This document shows, one piece after another, positions 44,402 through 52,676 of a stretch of 64,000 nt of DNA. The first letter of the stretch is position 1. The number at the start of each line of letters is the position of its first letter. The translations under genes and the position numbers were made by a program. The DNA lies in NCBI GenBank assembly GCA_039794265.1, contig JBDIVR010000015.1, positions 33,164 to 97,163 on the forward strand, written 5' to 3'. The notes under the pieces were generated by a model that worked only from the letters and a program-made list of their open reading frames with translations, made no database searches and was not told the DNA's origin. The stretch is from Myxococcota bacterium (GTDB lineage: Bacteria; Myxococcota_A; UBA9160; PR03).

Positions 44402-45124
44402 TCACTCCACCTCGGTTGCCGGTTCGGGCGTCGGGGCGGCGGCGGCGGCGGTGCCCCCGAGCGTCCGGATGTACGCGATCACGTCCTTCATCGCCTGCTC
44501 GTCGACGAGCGTGCCGGACATGCCGCGCATGACCTGGGCGTTCGAGTTGCGCGGGTCGCTGGCGCGCACGCCGCTCTTGTAGCGCTGCAGCGACGACAGC
44601 AGGTACCAGTCGTGCTGCTGGTGGAGCGGAGGCGCCCGCAGCGCCTCGCTGCCGTTCGCCTGCGGGCCGTGACACGCGAGGCACACCTGGTAGAAGCCGG
44701 CCCCGCGGCCCGGATCTCCGCCGACCAGCGTCGCCGGCGTCGTCGGGACGGGGAGCTTCGCGATGTAGGCGGCGAGCGCCTGCATGTCGGATTCCGCGTG
44801 TTCCCCCCGGAAGGTCTTGGCCATCGGATACATCCGGAGCCCCGCAACGTCGTCCGGATGCATGCCTCGCTGGCCGGTGTAGAAGTTCTGCAGCTGCGCG
44901 AAGACGTACCACTCGGGCAGGCCGGCGATGGCGGGCGCCAGGTATCTCTGGTTCCCCGCGCCGGCGGCGCCGTGGCACTGGCCGCAGAACGGGAACAGCG
45001 CCGCGGCACGCGCGTCGTCCGCCGCGCGTGCCGTCGCCGGAGGAAGCGAGAGCAGCGTCACGAGCGCCGTCCCGATCGCAAAGCCGATCGCGGAGAAGGT
45101 CACGGAGTGCCTGCTGGAAACCAT
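44402..45124 (-). CDS. membrane-anchored dihaem c-type cytochrome (c4-like)
   Basis: 240 aa. It has an N-terminal anchor and two haem motifs, CGQCHG and CLACHG, each followed by a Met-containing distal region. Confidence 0.85.
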   Translation of the reverse strand: MVSSRHSVTFSAIGFAIGTALVTLLSLPPATARAADDARAAALFPFCGQCHGAAGAGNQRYLAPAIAGLPEWYVFAQLQNFYTGQRGMHPDDVAGLRMYPMAKTFRGEHAESDMQALAAYIAKLPVPTTPATLVGGDPGRGAGFYQVCLACHGPQANGSEALRAPPLHQQHDWYLLSSLQRYKSGVRASDPRNSNAQVMRGMSGTLVDEQAMKDVIAYIRTLGGTAAAAAPTPEPATEVE

Positions 45125-45275
45125 CCTGTTGGACCCTCAACTTCCACTCGAAGGCCGTCCGACGGATCGCAGCAGCCCAGGAGCCGGGGATCGCGAACGA
45201 GAACGCTCCGAGACTAGCCACGCAGCGCGCCGAGTCCCGGTCTGGCGCCGCGGGGAGGTAGCAACCCGGAGCGCG

Positions 45276-45304
45276 ATTCACAAGACGCGACGGGGCGATG
45301 TCAA
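45276..45304 (-). promoter_or_regulatory. sigma-70-like promoter candidate (TTGACA-17 nt-GTGAAT) for the oxidase operon
   Basis: The minus strand reads TTGACAtcgccccgtcgcgtcttGTGAAT. It lies ~150 nt upstream of the cytochrome c ATG at 45124. Confidence 0.3.
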
Positions 45305-45367
45305 TGTCCTGGATTCCCTGGCGATTCCGATGCTGCGACGGGGCCGGAACGGTTCCCGGGGATGCGT

Positions 45368-45802
45368 TCAGGCCGGCGCCGGATTGAATCGGTAGAGCAG
45401 CAGGTAGATCGCGACACCCGTCACCGAGACGTACAGCCAGATCGGCCATGCCCAGCGCGCCAGCCGGCGATGCCGTTCGAAGCGCCCGCGCAGGCCGAAC
45501 GTGATCAATGCGATCGCCATCGGCGGCACCGTGATCGCCAGCGAGACATGCGAGACGAGCAGCACCAGATACCCGGTCTTGGCGAGACCCTCGGCGTGGA
45601 ACGTGGTGTTCTCGAAGCCGCGCGACGCCTTGTGCAGCACATACAGGACCAGGAACAGACTCGATACGGCGAACGCGGCGATCATCGTCCTTCGATGCGC
45701 GTCGAGACGCCGAGCGCGGGCGAGCCGGCGGCCGCGGACCAGCAGCACCGCGGCGATCCCGTTGAGCGTGGCGTTCACCGCGGGCAGGAAGGACAAGTCC
45801 AT
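45368..45802 (-). CDS. DUF420 (CtaM-like) membrane protein
   Basis: I place the start at the ATG at 45802 (MDLSFLPAVNATLNGIAAVLLV...). The 144-aa, 4-TM product has the HxxxH-free DUF420 pattern ...HRRTMIAAFAVSSLFLVLYV...GYLVLLVSHVSLA...HRRLARWAWPIWLYVSVTGV. Confidence 0.8.
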   Translation of the reverse strand: MDLSFLPAVNATLNGIAAVLLVRGRRLARARRLDAHRRTMIAAFAVSSLFLVLYVLHKASRGFENTTFHAEGLAKTGYLVLLVSHVSLAITVPPMAIALITFGLRGRFERHRRLARWAWPIWLYVSVTGVAIYLLLYRFNPAPA

Positions 45803-45812
45803 CGCGAATCCC

Positions 45813-46961
45813 TCAGGCGAGCCGAGGCGCTTGTACGCTCCCGGCTGTGGCGACCCGCCCCGGAAGCCCACGTCCGAGCAGCGCCACGCCGACGAGCAGA
45901 CCCCCCGCCAACAAGAACGGCGCCCCCATCGAGCGGTCGTAGAGGAGACCGGCGGCGAGCGGACCGACGACGCGAGCCAGCGAGGCGGCCGATTGAAAGA
46001 CACCCATGACGCCGCCTCGCCGCGCCGCCGGCGCCGCGAGCGAAGCGAGGCTCATCAGTGCCGGCTGCGCGACGCCGCGACCGATCGCGGCGATGGCCAG
46101 CGGGATCAGCAGCAGCGCCACGGACGGCATGCGCGGTAGCGCCAGGAACGCCATCGCCAACGTCGCGCTGCCCGCCGTCACCAGCGCGCGCTCGGAGAAG
46201 CGCGCCGACAGCGCCTTCATGCCGCCGCCCTGGACGCCGCCCATGACGACCGCCATGCCGACCAGGATGAACGCGACCTCGCGCGCGTCCCAGCCGAAGC
46301 GATCGTGCATGAAGTACTGGAACATCGTCTCGAGCTGCGTGACGGCGATCGAGAACACGAGGTTCGCGACACAAAGACGGCGCACCACGGGGTCCCGGAG
46401 CTCGGCGAAGCGGCCGGTCACGAGGCCCTCTGCCGGCGCCGTCGCGACCCGCTCGGCCGGCTCGCGCAGCGACACCAGGGCGTGCACCCAGTTGACGACG
46501 GCCAGCCCGGCGGCAGCGAACATCGGCACGCCGTAGCCATAGGGGGCGAGCAGCCCGCCGATCGCCGGGCCCAGCACGAAGCCCACGCCGAACGACGCGC
46601 CGAGCAGTCCCATCCAGCGCGTGCGCTCGGAGTCGTCGGTCACGTCGGCCACGTACGCCGACGCCACGCTGATGTTGGCGGCGAACGCGCCGGAGAGGAC
46701 GCGCGCCGCGAAGATCCACGGCAGCGACGTGGCGAAGCCGAGCGCCAGCAGCGACAACGCCGTTCCGGCGATCGTGAACAGCAGCACCGGCCGGCGCCCG
46801 ATGCGGTCCGAAAGCCGACCCCAGAGCGGCGCGCACACCAGCTGCGCCGCGGCGTAGCCCATCGAGATCACACCGAGCTGGGTACCGCTCGCCCCCTGCG
46901 ACTTCACCAGATACGGCAGCACCGGCATCACGATGCCGAAGCCGATCAGGTCGACGATCAC
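45813..46961 (-). CDS. MFS transporter (DHA1/TetA-like)
   Basis: It has motif A GRLSDRIGRRPVLL and 12 TM-type hydrophobic segments. The first canonical start is GTG at 46961, but that truncates TM1. An in-frame ATC at 47009 with the SD GAGGAG 5 nt upstream would restore it (see findings). Confidence 0.8.
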   Translation of the reverse strand: MIVDLIGFGIVMPVLPYLVKSQGASGTQLGVISMGYAAAQLVCAPLWGRLSDRIGRRPVLLFTIAGTALSLLALGFATSLPWIFAARVLSGAFAANISVASAYVADVTDDSERTRWMGLLGASFGVGFVLGPAIGGLLAPYGYGVPMFAAAGLAVVNWVHALVSLREPAERVATAPAEGLVTGRFAELRDPVVRRLCVANLVFSIAVTQLETMFQYFMHDRFGWDAREVAFILVGMAVVMGGVQGGGMKALSARFSERALVTAGSATLAMAFLALPRMPSVALLLIPLAIAAIGRGVAQPALMSLASLAAPAARRGGVMGVFQSAASLARVVGPLAAGLLYDRSMGAPFLLAGGLLVGVALLGRGLPGRVATAGSVQAPRLA

Positions 46962-47036
46962 GACGCCGAACAGGACGCCGAGAGTGGCTCGCGAGCGATC
47001 AGACGAGATGGCGGCTCCTCGCGCGTCGCGCGCCGA

Positions 47037-47960
47037 TCAGAGCCGCGCGAGCAGATCCACGTTCATCGCGAGGAAGAGCGCGAACAGGTAGACCAGGGAG
47101 ACGCGAAACACGCGCTGCGCGGCGCCGTCGTTCCGCTCGCGCAGCAGCCGGAGCACCGACCCGACGAACCACGCGTTCATGCCGAGCGCCACCGCCAGAT
47201 ACGCCGGCCCGACGAAGCCGAGCGCGAACGGCGCCAGCGTCACCGGCACCAGCCCGACGGTGTACCAGAGCATCCGCCAGCGCGTCGGCTCGTCTCCGAT
47301 CACGCTCGGCAGCATCGGGATACCGGCGGCCTCGTAGTCGCGCTTGCGGTAGAGCGCGATGGCCCATACGTGCGGCGGCTGCCAGAAGAACACGATCGCG
47401 AACAGCGACAGCCCGGCGGCGGTGACCGTGCCGTTCACCGCGACGTCCGCCATCAGCGGCGCGGCGGCGCCGGCCGCGCCGCCGATCACGGCGTTCCACG
47501 CCGAGCGCGGCTTGAGCCAGATCGTGTAGACGAAGACGTAGAACAGGATGCTCGCAACGGCGACCCCGGCGGCCGGCGCGCCGCCCAGCGCGAACAGCAA
47601 TCCGGTCGAGAGGACCGCGAGCGTCAGGCCGAAGAGCAGTGCGGCGCGCGGCGAGATCCGGCCCGCCGGCAGCGGCCGGTTGCGCGTGCGCTCCATGCGC
47701 GCGTCGGTCTCGCGCTCCAGGTAGGCGTTCAGCGTGTTGGCGGACGCGGCCGCCAGGGCGATTCCCAGCAGCGTCAGGCACGCGAAGCCGAGCGACGGCC
47801 AGCCGCCGGCCGCCATGCCGAAGATCGGAAGGCCCGTGAACAGCACCATCGGAAGCAGGCGCGGCTTCGTCAGATCGGCGAAGGTGAGGAGCGTGGCGGC
47901 CGCCGTCCGGGGCGCCGCGGGAACCGGGGAAGCAGGTATGGACGAAGCCGTCTGCGCCAC
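47037..47960 (-). CDS. ctaB: protohaem IX farnesyltransferase (haem O synthase)
   Basis: I chose the GTG at 47960. UbiA-fold motifs present are NTLNAYLERETDARMERTRNRPLPAGRI and FWQPPHVWAIAL. The upstream 375 codons of the track ORF are not protein-like. Confidence 0.9.
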   Translation of the reverse strand: MAQTASSIPASPVPAAPRTAAATLLTFADLTKPRLLPMVLFTGLPIFGMAAGGWPSLGFACLTLLGIALAAASANTLNAYLERETDARMERTRNRPLPAGRISPRAALLFGLTLAVLSTGLLFALGGAPAAGVAVASILFYVFVYTIWLKPRSAWNAVIGGAAGAAAPLMADVAVNGTVTAAGLSLFAIVFFWQPPHVWAIALYRKRDYEAAGIPMLPSVIGDEPTRWRMLWYTVGLVPVTLAPFALGFVGPAYLAVALGMNAWFVGSVLRLLRERNDGAAQRVFRVSLVYLFALFLAMNVDLLARL

Positions 47961-48095
47961 GTCGATCTCGCTCCTCTCGCTTCCAGGCGTCACGCATCCG
48001 AGACGGGGACGGGCGCGGAACCTAGCGTCCGCAGCGGCGACGCGCAGCGCTGCGGATCCTGACACCGCGCTCCGCTCCCGCGGGGGTCGCACTCC

Positions 48096-48980
48096 GTGAC
48101 GACGAATGACCTGGTCCTCGTCCTGATCTCCGCGCTGCTCCACGCGGTGTGGGGTCTGTCGATCAAGGGCAGCGCCTCCCCGCTCGCGTTCAACCTGCTC
48201 CAACTCGTCCCGACGACGATCGCCGCGTGTGCGTTGCCGTGGCTGGTGCCGCTCGGCGACCTGCCCTCGTCGCTGTGGATGCTGGCCGCGGGGACCGGCG
48301 TCGCGCACGGCTTGTACTTCTACTGGCTCTCGCGCGCGCTGGCGGACGGCGAGCTCTCCGTCGTGTACCCGATCGCGCGCTCGGCGCCGGCGTTCCTGCC
48401 ACTGGTCGCGGTGCCGTTGCTCGGCGAGTCGGTGACCGCCACCGGCGGTCTCGGCATCGCCGTCGTCGTCGCCGGCATGTGGGCCGTGCACTTCGACGCC
48501 GGCTCGGTCCCCGGCGCCCGGCGGCTGCTCGCGCCCGGCGCGGGCTTCGCGTGGCTCACGCTGGCGGCGTCGGTCGGCTACTCGATCGTCGACAAGCTGG
48601 CGATGGCGCAGCTGCACGCGATCCCGTGGCGCGGCGCCATCCCGCCAGCCGCCGCGTGGTACGTGCTGCTGTGTTCGTCGGGTCTGCTGGTCTTCGCGCC
48701 GCTCGCTGCTCGGCACATCTCTCTGCGCGACCTCGGCGCAGTCGCCCGGCGCGAGACGCGGATGGTGCTGCTGGCGTCGGCGATCGGCTTCGTCGGCTAC
48801 GGGTTGATCCTGCATGCGCTGCGCACCGCGCCGGTCAGCTACGTCGTGGCCGTGCGCCAGGCGAGCGTGTTGTTCGCGGTGGCCCTCGGCGCGCTCTGGC
48901 TGCGCGAGCGGCCCACGCGACTCCGGCTCGCCGGTGCGCTCGCGACCGTGCTCGGGGTCGTACTCGTCGCCAATTCGTGA
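48096..48980 (+). CDS. EamA/DMT family transporter
   Basis: 294 aa with a GTG start. It has ten hydrophobic segments in two EamA-like halves. Confidence 0.75.
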   Translation: MTTNDLVLVLISALLHAVWGLSIKGSASPLAFNLLQLVPTTIAACALPWLVPLGDLPSSLWMLAAGTGVAHGLYFYWLSRALADGELSVVYPIARSAPAFLPLVAVPLLGESVTATGGLGIAVVVAGMWAVHFDAGSVPGARRLLAPGAGFAWLTLAASVGYSIVDKLAMAQLHAIPWRGAIPPAAAWYVLLCSSGLLVFAPLAARHISLRDLGAVARRETRMVLLASAIGFVGYGLILHALRTAPVSYVVAVRQASVLFAVALGALWLRERPTRLRLAGALATVLGVVLVANS

Positions 48981-49009
48981 CGCGGGAGCGGCGCGGCTAC
49001 GGTGCCCCC

Positions 49010-49672
49010 ATGCCGCGGACGCGAAGCTGGTGGTTCCGGGCGACGGTCGCGCTCGGCGGGTGGCTCGGCGCCGGGCTGCTGCGCGCACTCGGCGCCACCT
49101 GGCGGGTCCGCTGGGCCGGCAATGCGGATCCGGTCCGCGCCGGCTTGCCGGCCGTCGGCGCGCTCTGGCACCGCGCGCTGTTCCCGGCCACCTGGCGCTA
49201 TCGCGACGCCGGTGTCGCGATCCCGGTCAGCCGCAGCCGCGACGGCGATCGCATCGTCGCGGTGCTCGACCGCCTCGGCTTCGCGCCGGCGCCGCGCGGC
49301 TCCAGCTCGAGCGGGGGTCCGGCGGCCCTCGCCGGCGCGATCCGCGCCGCGCGCGAGGGCCGCGTCCTCGCCGTGCTGTGCGACGGCCCGCGTGGACCGG
49401 CCCGCCGTTGCAAGCCGGGCATCCTCGCGATCGCGCGCGCCGCCGCGATCCCGATCTACCCGCTCGCCGTCGCCGCCCGGCCGGCGATCTCGTTCCCGAG
49501 CTGGGATCGCACGCTGCTGCCGCTGCCGTTCGCGCGCGTTCACTTCCAGATGGGGACGCCGCTCCGCATCCCCGCAGACGCCTCGCGCGACGATCTCGAA
49601 CGCCTGCGCGCCGACCTGGAACACGTGCTCACCGAGCTGCAACGCACCGCCGAAGCCGCGCTCGACAGATGA
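49010..49672 (+). CDS. DUF374 (lysophospholipid acyltransferase-like) protein
   Basis: I place the start at the ATG at 49010. The sequence PVSRSRDGDRIVAVLDRLGFAPAPRGSSSSGGPAAL...CDGPRGPARRCKPGILAIA matches the DUF374 pattern. Confidence 0.75.
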   Translation: MPRTRSWWFRATVALGGWLGAGLLRALGATWRVRWAGNADPVRAGLPAVGALWHRALFPATWRYRDAGVAIPVSRSRDGDRIVAVLDRLGFAPAPRGSSSSGGPAALAGAIRAAREGRVLAVLCDGPRGPARRCKPGILAIARAAAIPIYPLAVAARPAISFPSWDRTLLPLPFARVHFQMGTPLRIPADASRDDLERLRADLEHVLTELQRTAEAALDR

Positions 49673-49691
49673 CGCGATCCGCCGTCGATCC

Positions 49692-52085
49692 TCAACGGGA
49701 TCGCGGACGCGTGCGGTCCATCGCCTCCGAGATCCAGTTGCCGATGTCCGGGTGTTCGCGCAGTCCCGACTTCTCGAGTCGTTCACGCGCGATCGCCTCG
49801 ACCTCGCCGACCGCACCGGCGGCGAGCGCATGGCGCGCGTCCTCGGCGGCTTCGGCCGAATCGAGCGCGCGCACGATTTCCTTCACCACCGGCACCGACC
49901 GCGGTGTCACCGAGAGTTCCTCGATGCCGAGACCCACCAGCAGGGCGACGGCAAGCGGATTGCTCGCCATCTCCCCACACACCGAGACGGGAATCCCCGC
50001 CTGCTCTGCGGCGCGCACGCTCCGATCGATCAGCCGCAACACCGCCGGATGGAGCGGCCGGTAGAGCCGAGCGATCGCCTCGTTGCCGCGATCCACCGCC
50101 AGCGTGTACTGCGTGAGATCATTGGTGCCGATGCTGAAGAAGTCGCACTCTCGGGCCAGCGCGTCGGCGATCAGCGCGGCCGACGGCACCTCGATCATGA
50201 TGCCCATCGGAATCCTGGGGTCGTGCGGCTCTCCGGCGCGCGAGAGCCCGTCGATGGTCTCGTGCAGCAGGCGCCGCACCTCGCGCAGCTCGTCGAGCGA
50301 CGAGATCATCGGCACCAGCAACCGCACGTTGCCCGCGGCAGACGCACGGAGGATGGCTCGCAGCTGCGCCGCCATCATGTCCGGATGCCGCAACGAGAGC
50401 CGCACCGAGCGGCAGCCGAGCTGCGGATTCTCTTCGTCGGCGATCCCGAGGTTGGGCATCGCCTTGTCGCCGCCGAGATCGAGCGTGCGGATCGTCACCG
50501 ACCGCGGCGCCAGGGCTCGCGCCACGCGCTCGTAGAGCTTCCGCTGCTCCTCCTCCGGTGGCACCCCGCGATGCGCCAGCGCCAGCAGCTCGCTGCGGAA
50601 CAGCCCGATCCCCTCGGCGCCGTGTCGTTCCACGAGACGCAGGTCCGCCAGGAGCCCGACGTTCGCCGTGAGCGTGACGCGCCTGCCATCGCGGGTCTCC
50701 GCGGGCCGGGCTTTCAGCGCATCGAGGTGCTCGACGGCGATCTCGAAGAGCTGCTGGGCGCGCCGATACTCCGCGAGCAGGCGGTCGTCCGGCGAGAGAT
50801 AGACACGCCCGCTGGTGCCGTCGACGATCGCCATCTCGCCGGGTCGTGCGAGCCGCAGCAAGCCCGGCGCGCCGGTCACGCACGGGATCTCCAGCGTCCG
50901 CGCGAAGATCGCGCCATGGGAAGTGGCGCCGCCATGCTCGGTGACGATGGCGCCCACCTTGTCCAACTCGAGCAGCGTGAAGTGCTGGGGCAGGATCATC
51001 GACGTCACCACGACCGCGCCCGGCGCCAACGGCACGTTGTGGTGTCGCACGCCCAGGAGCTTCGCCATCACGCGGCGGCCGACATCCTCGACGTCGAGGC
51101 CGCGCTCGCGGAAGTAGTCGTCCTCGATGCGCGCGAACAACGCTCGATAGTCCTCGACGACGCGCCGGATCGCGTGCAGCGCGTCGCCGGTTTCGCTGAC
51201 GGCGCGGTCGAGGCGTTGCAGGAAGCCGTGATCTTCGAGGATCTGGACGTGCGTATTGAAGACGCCGGAGAACTCCGGCCCGAACTGATCTCCCATCTCG
51301 TCGGCGACGTCGCCGAGCTCGCGGCGGGCTTCCGCCACGGCGCGCCGGAGATCGCGGGCTTCCCGTTCGGGATCCTCGCTGGGCTGGTAGTCGACGTCCG
51401 CGAGGTCGAGCGGGTCCTCGAGCAGGTAGACGGGACCGATCGCGATTCCATTGGACGCTTCCGTGCCGCGCAGCTCGACGTTGTGCTGCTCGCGATCAGG
51501 CGCCGGACCGGCGATCGGCACGCCGGCCTCGGCCATCTGCTGCACGAAATGCGATCGCTCCTCGTCGGATCCCGCCACCAGATCGAGCAACGCCGCGTTC
51601 AGTACGACGGGGGCGATCAGCTGCCCGCACGCCTGCAGCAGCTCGACGTCCTGCGGCGAGAAGTGCCGCGGCTCCACCGTCTGGACCACGAGGACTCCGA
51701 TCGCCACGCCGCGGACGACCAGCGGCGTCGCCATCAGCGACGCAAAGCGGTCCTCTCCGGTCTCTGGAAAGTACCGGAAGCTCGGATGCTCCTCGGCGCG
51801 CTCGACGGCCAGCGGCTGCCCCTCGCGCGCCACCAGCCCCACGAGGCCTTCGCCGGCCAGCAGCCGCACGTGTCCCACGGACTCGGGCGCGAGACCCTTC
51901 GTCGCGCGCAGGACCAGGGATTTTCGTGCTGGGTCGCTCAGGTAGAGCGAGCACACGTCGGCATCGAGGCGCTTCGCCACGCGTTCGACGACGTTGGCGA
52001 GCGTCTCGGCAAGGTCGTGCGAGCGCGAGACGATCCCCGCGACGTCGGCCAGCAGTGTGCTGCGATCGGAGCCCTGGGTCGCCAT
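49692..52085 (-). CDS. ptsP: GAF-domain phosphoenolpyruvate-protein phosphotransferase (EI-Ntr)
   Basis: 797 aa. An N-terminal GAF domain is followed by the enzyme I motifs GGATSHGAIFARTLEIPCV, FFSIGTNDLTQYTLAVDR and VSVCGEMA. Confidence 0.9.
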   Translation of the reverse strand: MATQGSDRSTLLADVAGIVSRSHDLAETLANVVERVAKRLDADVCSLYLSDPARKSLVLRATKGLAPESVGHVRLLAGEGLVGLVAREGQPLAVERAEEHPSFRYFPETGEDRFASLMATPLVVRGVAIGVLVVQTVEPRHFSPQDVELLQACGQLIAPVVLNAALLDLVAGSDEERSHFVQQMAEAGVPIAGPAPDREQHNVELRGTEASNGIAIGPVYLLEDPLDLADVDYQPSEDPEREARDLRRAVAEARRELGDVADEMGDQFGPEFSGVFNTHVQILEDHGFLQRLDRAVSETGDALHAIRRVVEDYRALFARIEDDYFRERGLDVEDVGRRVMAKLLGVRHHNVPLAPGAVVVTSMILPQHFTLLELDKVGAIVTEHGGATSHGAIFARTLEIPCVTGAPGLLRLARPGEMAIVDGTSGRVYLSPDDRLLAEYRRAQQLFEIAVEHLDALKARPAETRDGRRVTLTANVGLLADLRLVERHGAEGIGLFRSELLALAHRGVPPEEEQRKLYERVARALAPRSVTIRTLDLGGDKAMPNLGIADEENPQLGCRSVRLSLRHPDMMAAQLRAILRASAAGNVRLLVPMISSLDELREVRRLLHETIDGLSRAGEPHDPRIPMGIMIEVPSAALIADALARECDFFSIGTNDLTQYTLAVDRGNEAIARLYRPLHPAVLRLIDRSVRAAEQAGIPVSVCGEMASNPLAVALLVGLGIEELSVTPRSVPVVKEIVRALDSAEAAEDARHALAAGAVGEVEAIARERLEKSGLREHPDIGNWISEAMDRTRPRSR

Positions 52086-52154
52086 CCGGTCCCTCGAAAC
52101 GAAGACCGATGGTACCGGACCGTCGGAAGGAAGGGATCCGACGGGGGGGCTGGG

Positions 52155-52412
52155 CTACCCGTGATGCATCTCGTCGGACAGGCCCGACAGTACTTTGCCG
52201 GGAAAGACGTAATCCTTGTCTTCGAATCGCATCCCGAGCGCCAGGAGGATCTTCCGCTTGGTATCCATGCGGCAGTTCATGCCCTTCTCGACGCTGTGGA
52301 TGGTGCGAAGCGCCACCTTGGCCTTGCGCGCCAGCTGGGACTGGGTCATCAGGCGATTCTCGCGCAGCTCGCGCACCCGGTTCTGGCGGGTGGACCCGTT
52401 GAAGCTCTCCAT
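52155..52412 (-). CDS. XRE-family helix-turn-helix transcriptional regulator
   Basis: I place the start at the ATG at 52412. The 85-aa product is MESFNGSTRQNRVRELRENRLMTQSQLARKAKVALRTIHSVEKG.... It ends 69 nt upstream of ptsP on the same strand. Confidence 0.8.
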   Translation of the reverse strand: MESFNGSTRQNRVRELRENRLMTQSQLARKAKVALRTIHSVEKGMNCRMDTKRKILLALGMRFEDKDYVFPGKVLSGLSDEMHHG

Positions 52413-52676
52413 GTGCCTCGGCTCCCCTCTCGGCGTGTCGTTCCAGGCGCGGCGCGCTGGTTTCGATCCCGTTTCGGTCCGCGGCCGGGTTTCTTTAGCG
52501 GGAATCGGAGGTTGGAGGCATCGAGCCGCGCGAGAGGCCGGCGCCGGTGAGGGCTCGGGAACCCGCTGCAAAGCCGCCTGGGTGCGCGGGAACTCGCGCA
52601 TGACTCGCCGGAGCGAGAGCCGTCTCGGGAGCGTCCGGCAGCGCCGATCGGCCGGCGGGCGCGCAGGCAGGGCCGC

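Noticed and set aside
52413-52676. GGGAACccgcTGCAAA and similar strings in the XRE / AsmA spacer
   Set aside because: The GG to GC distance is off by one in every register I tried.
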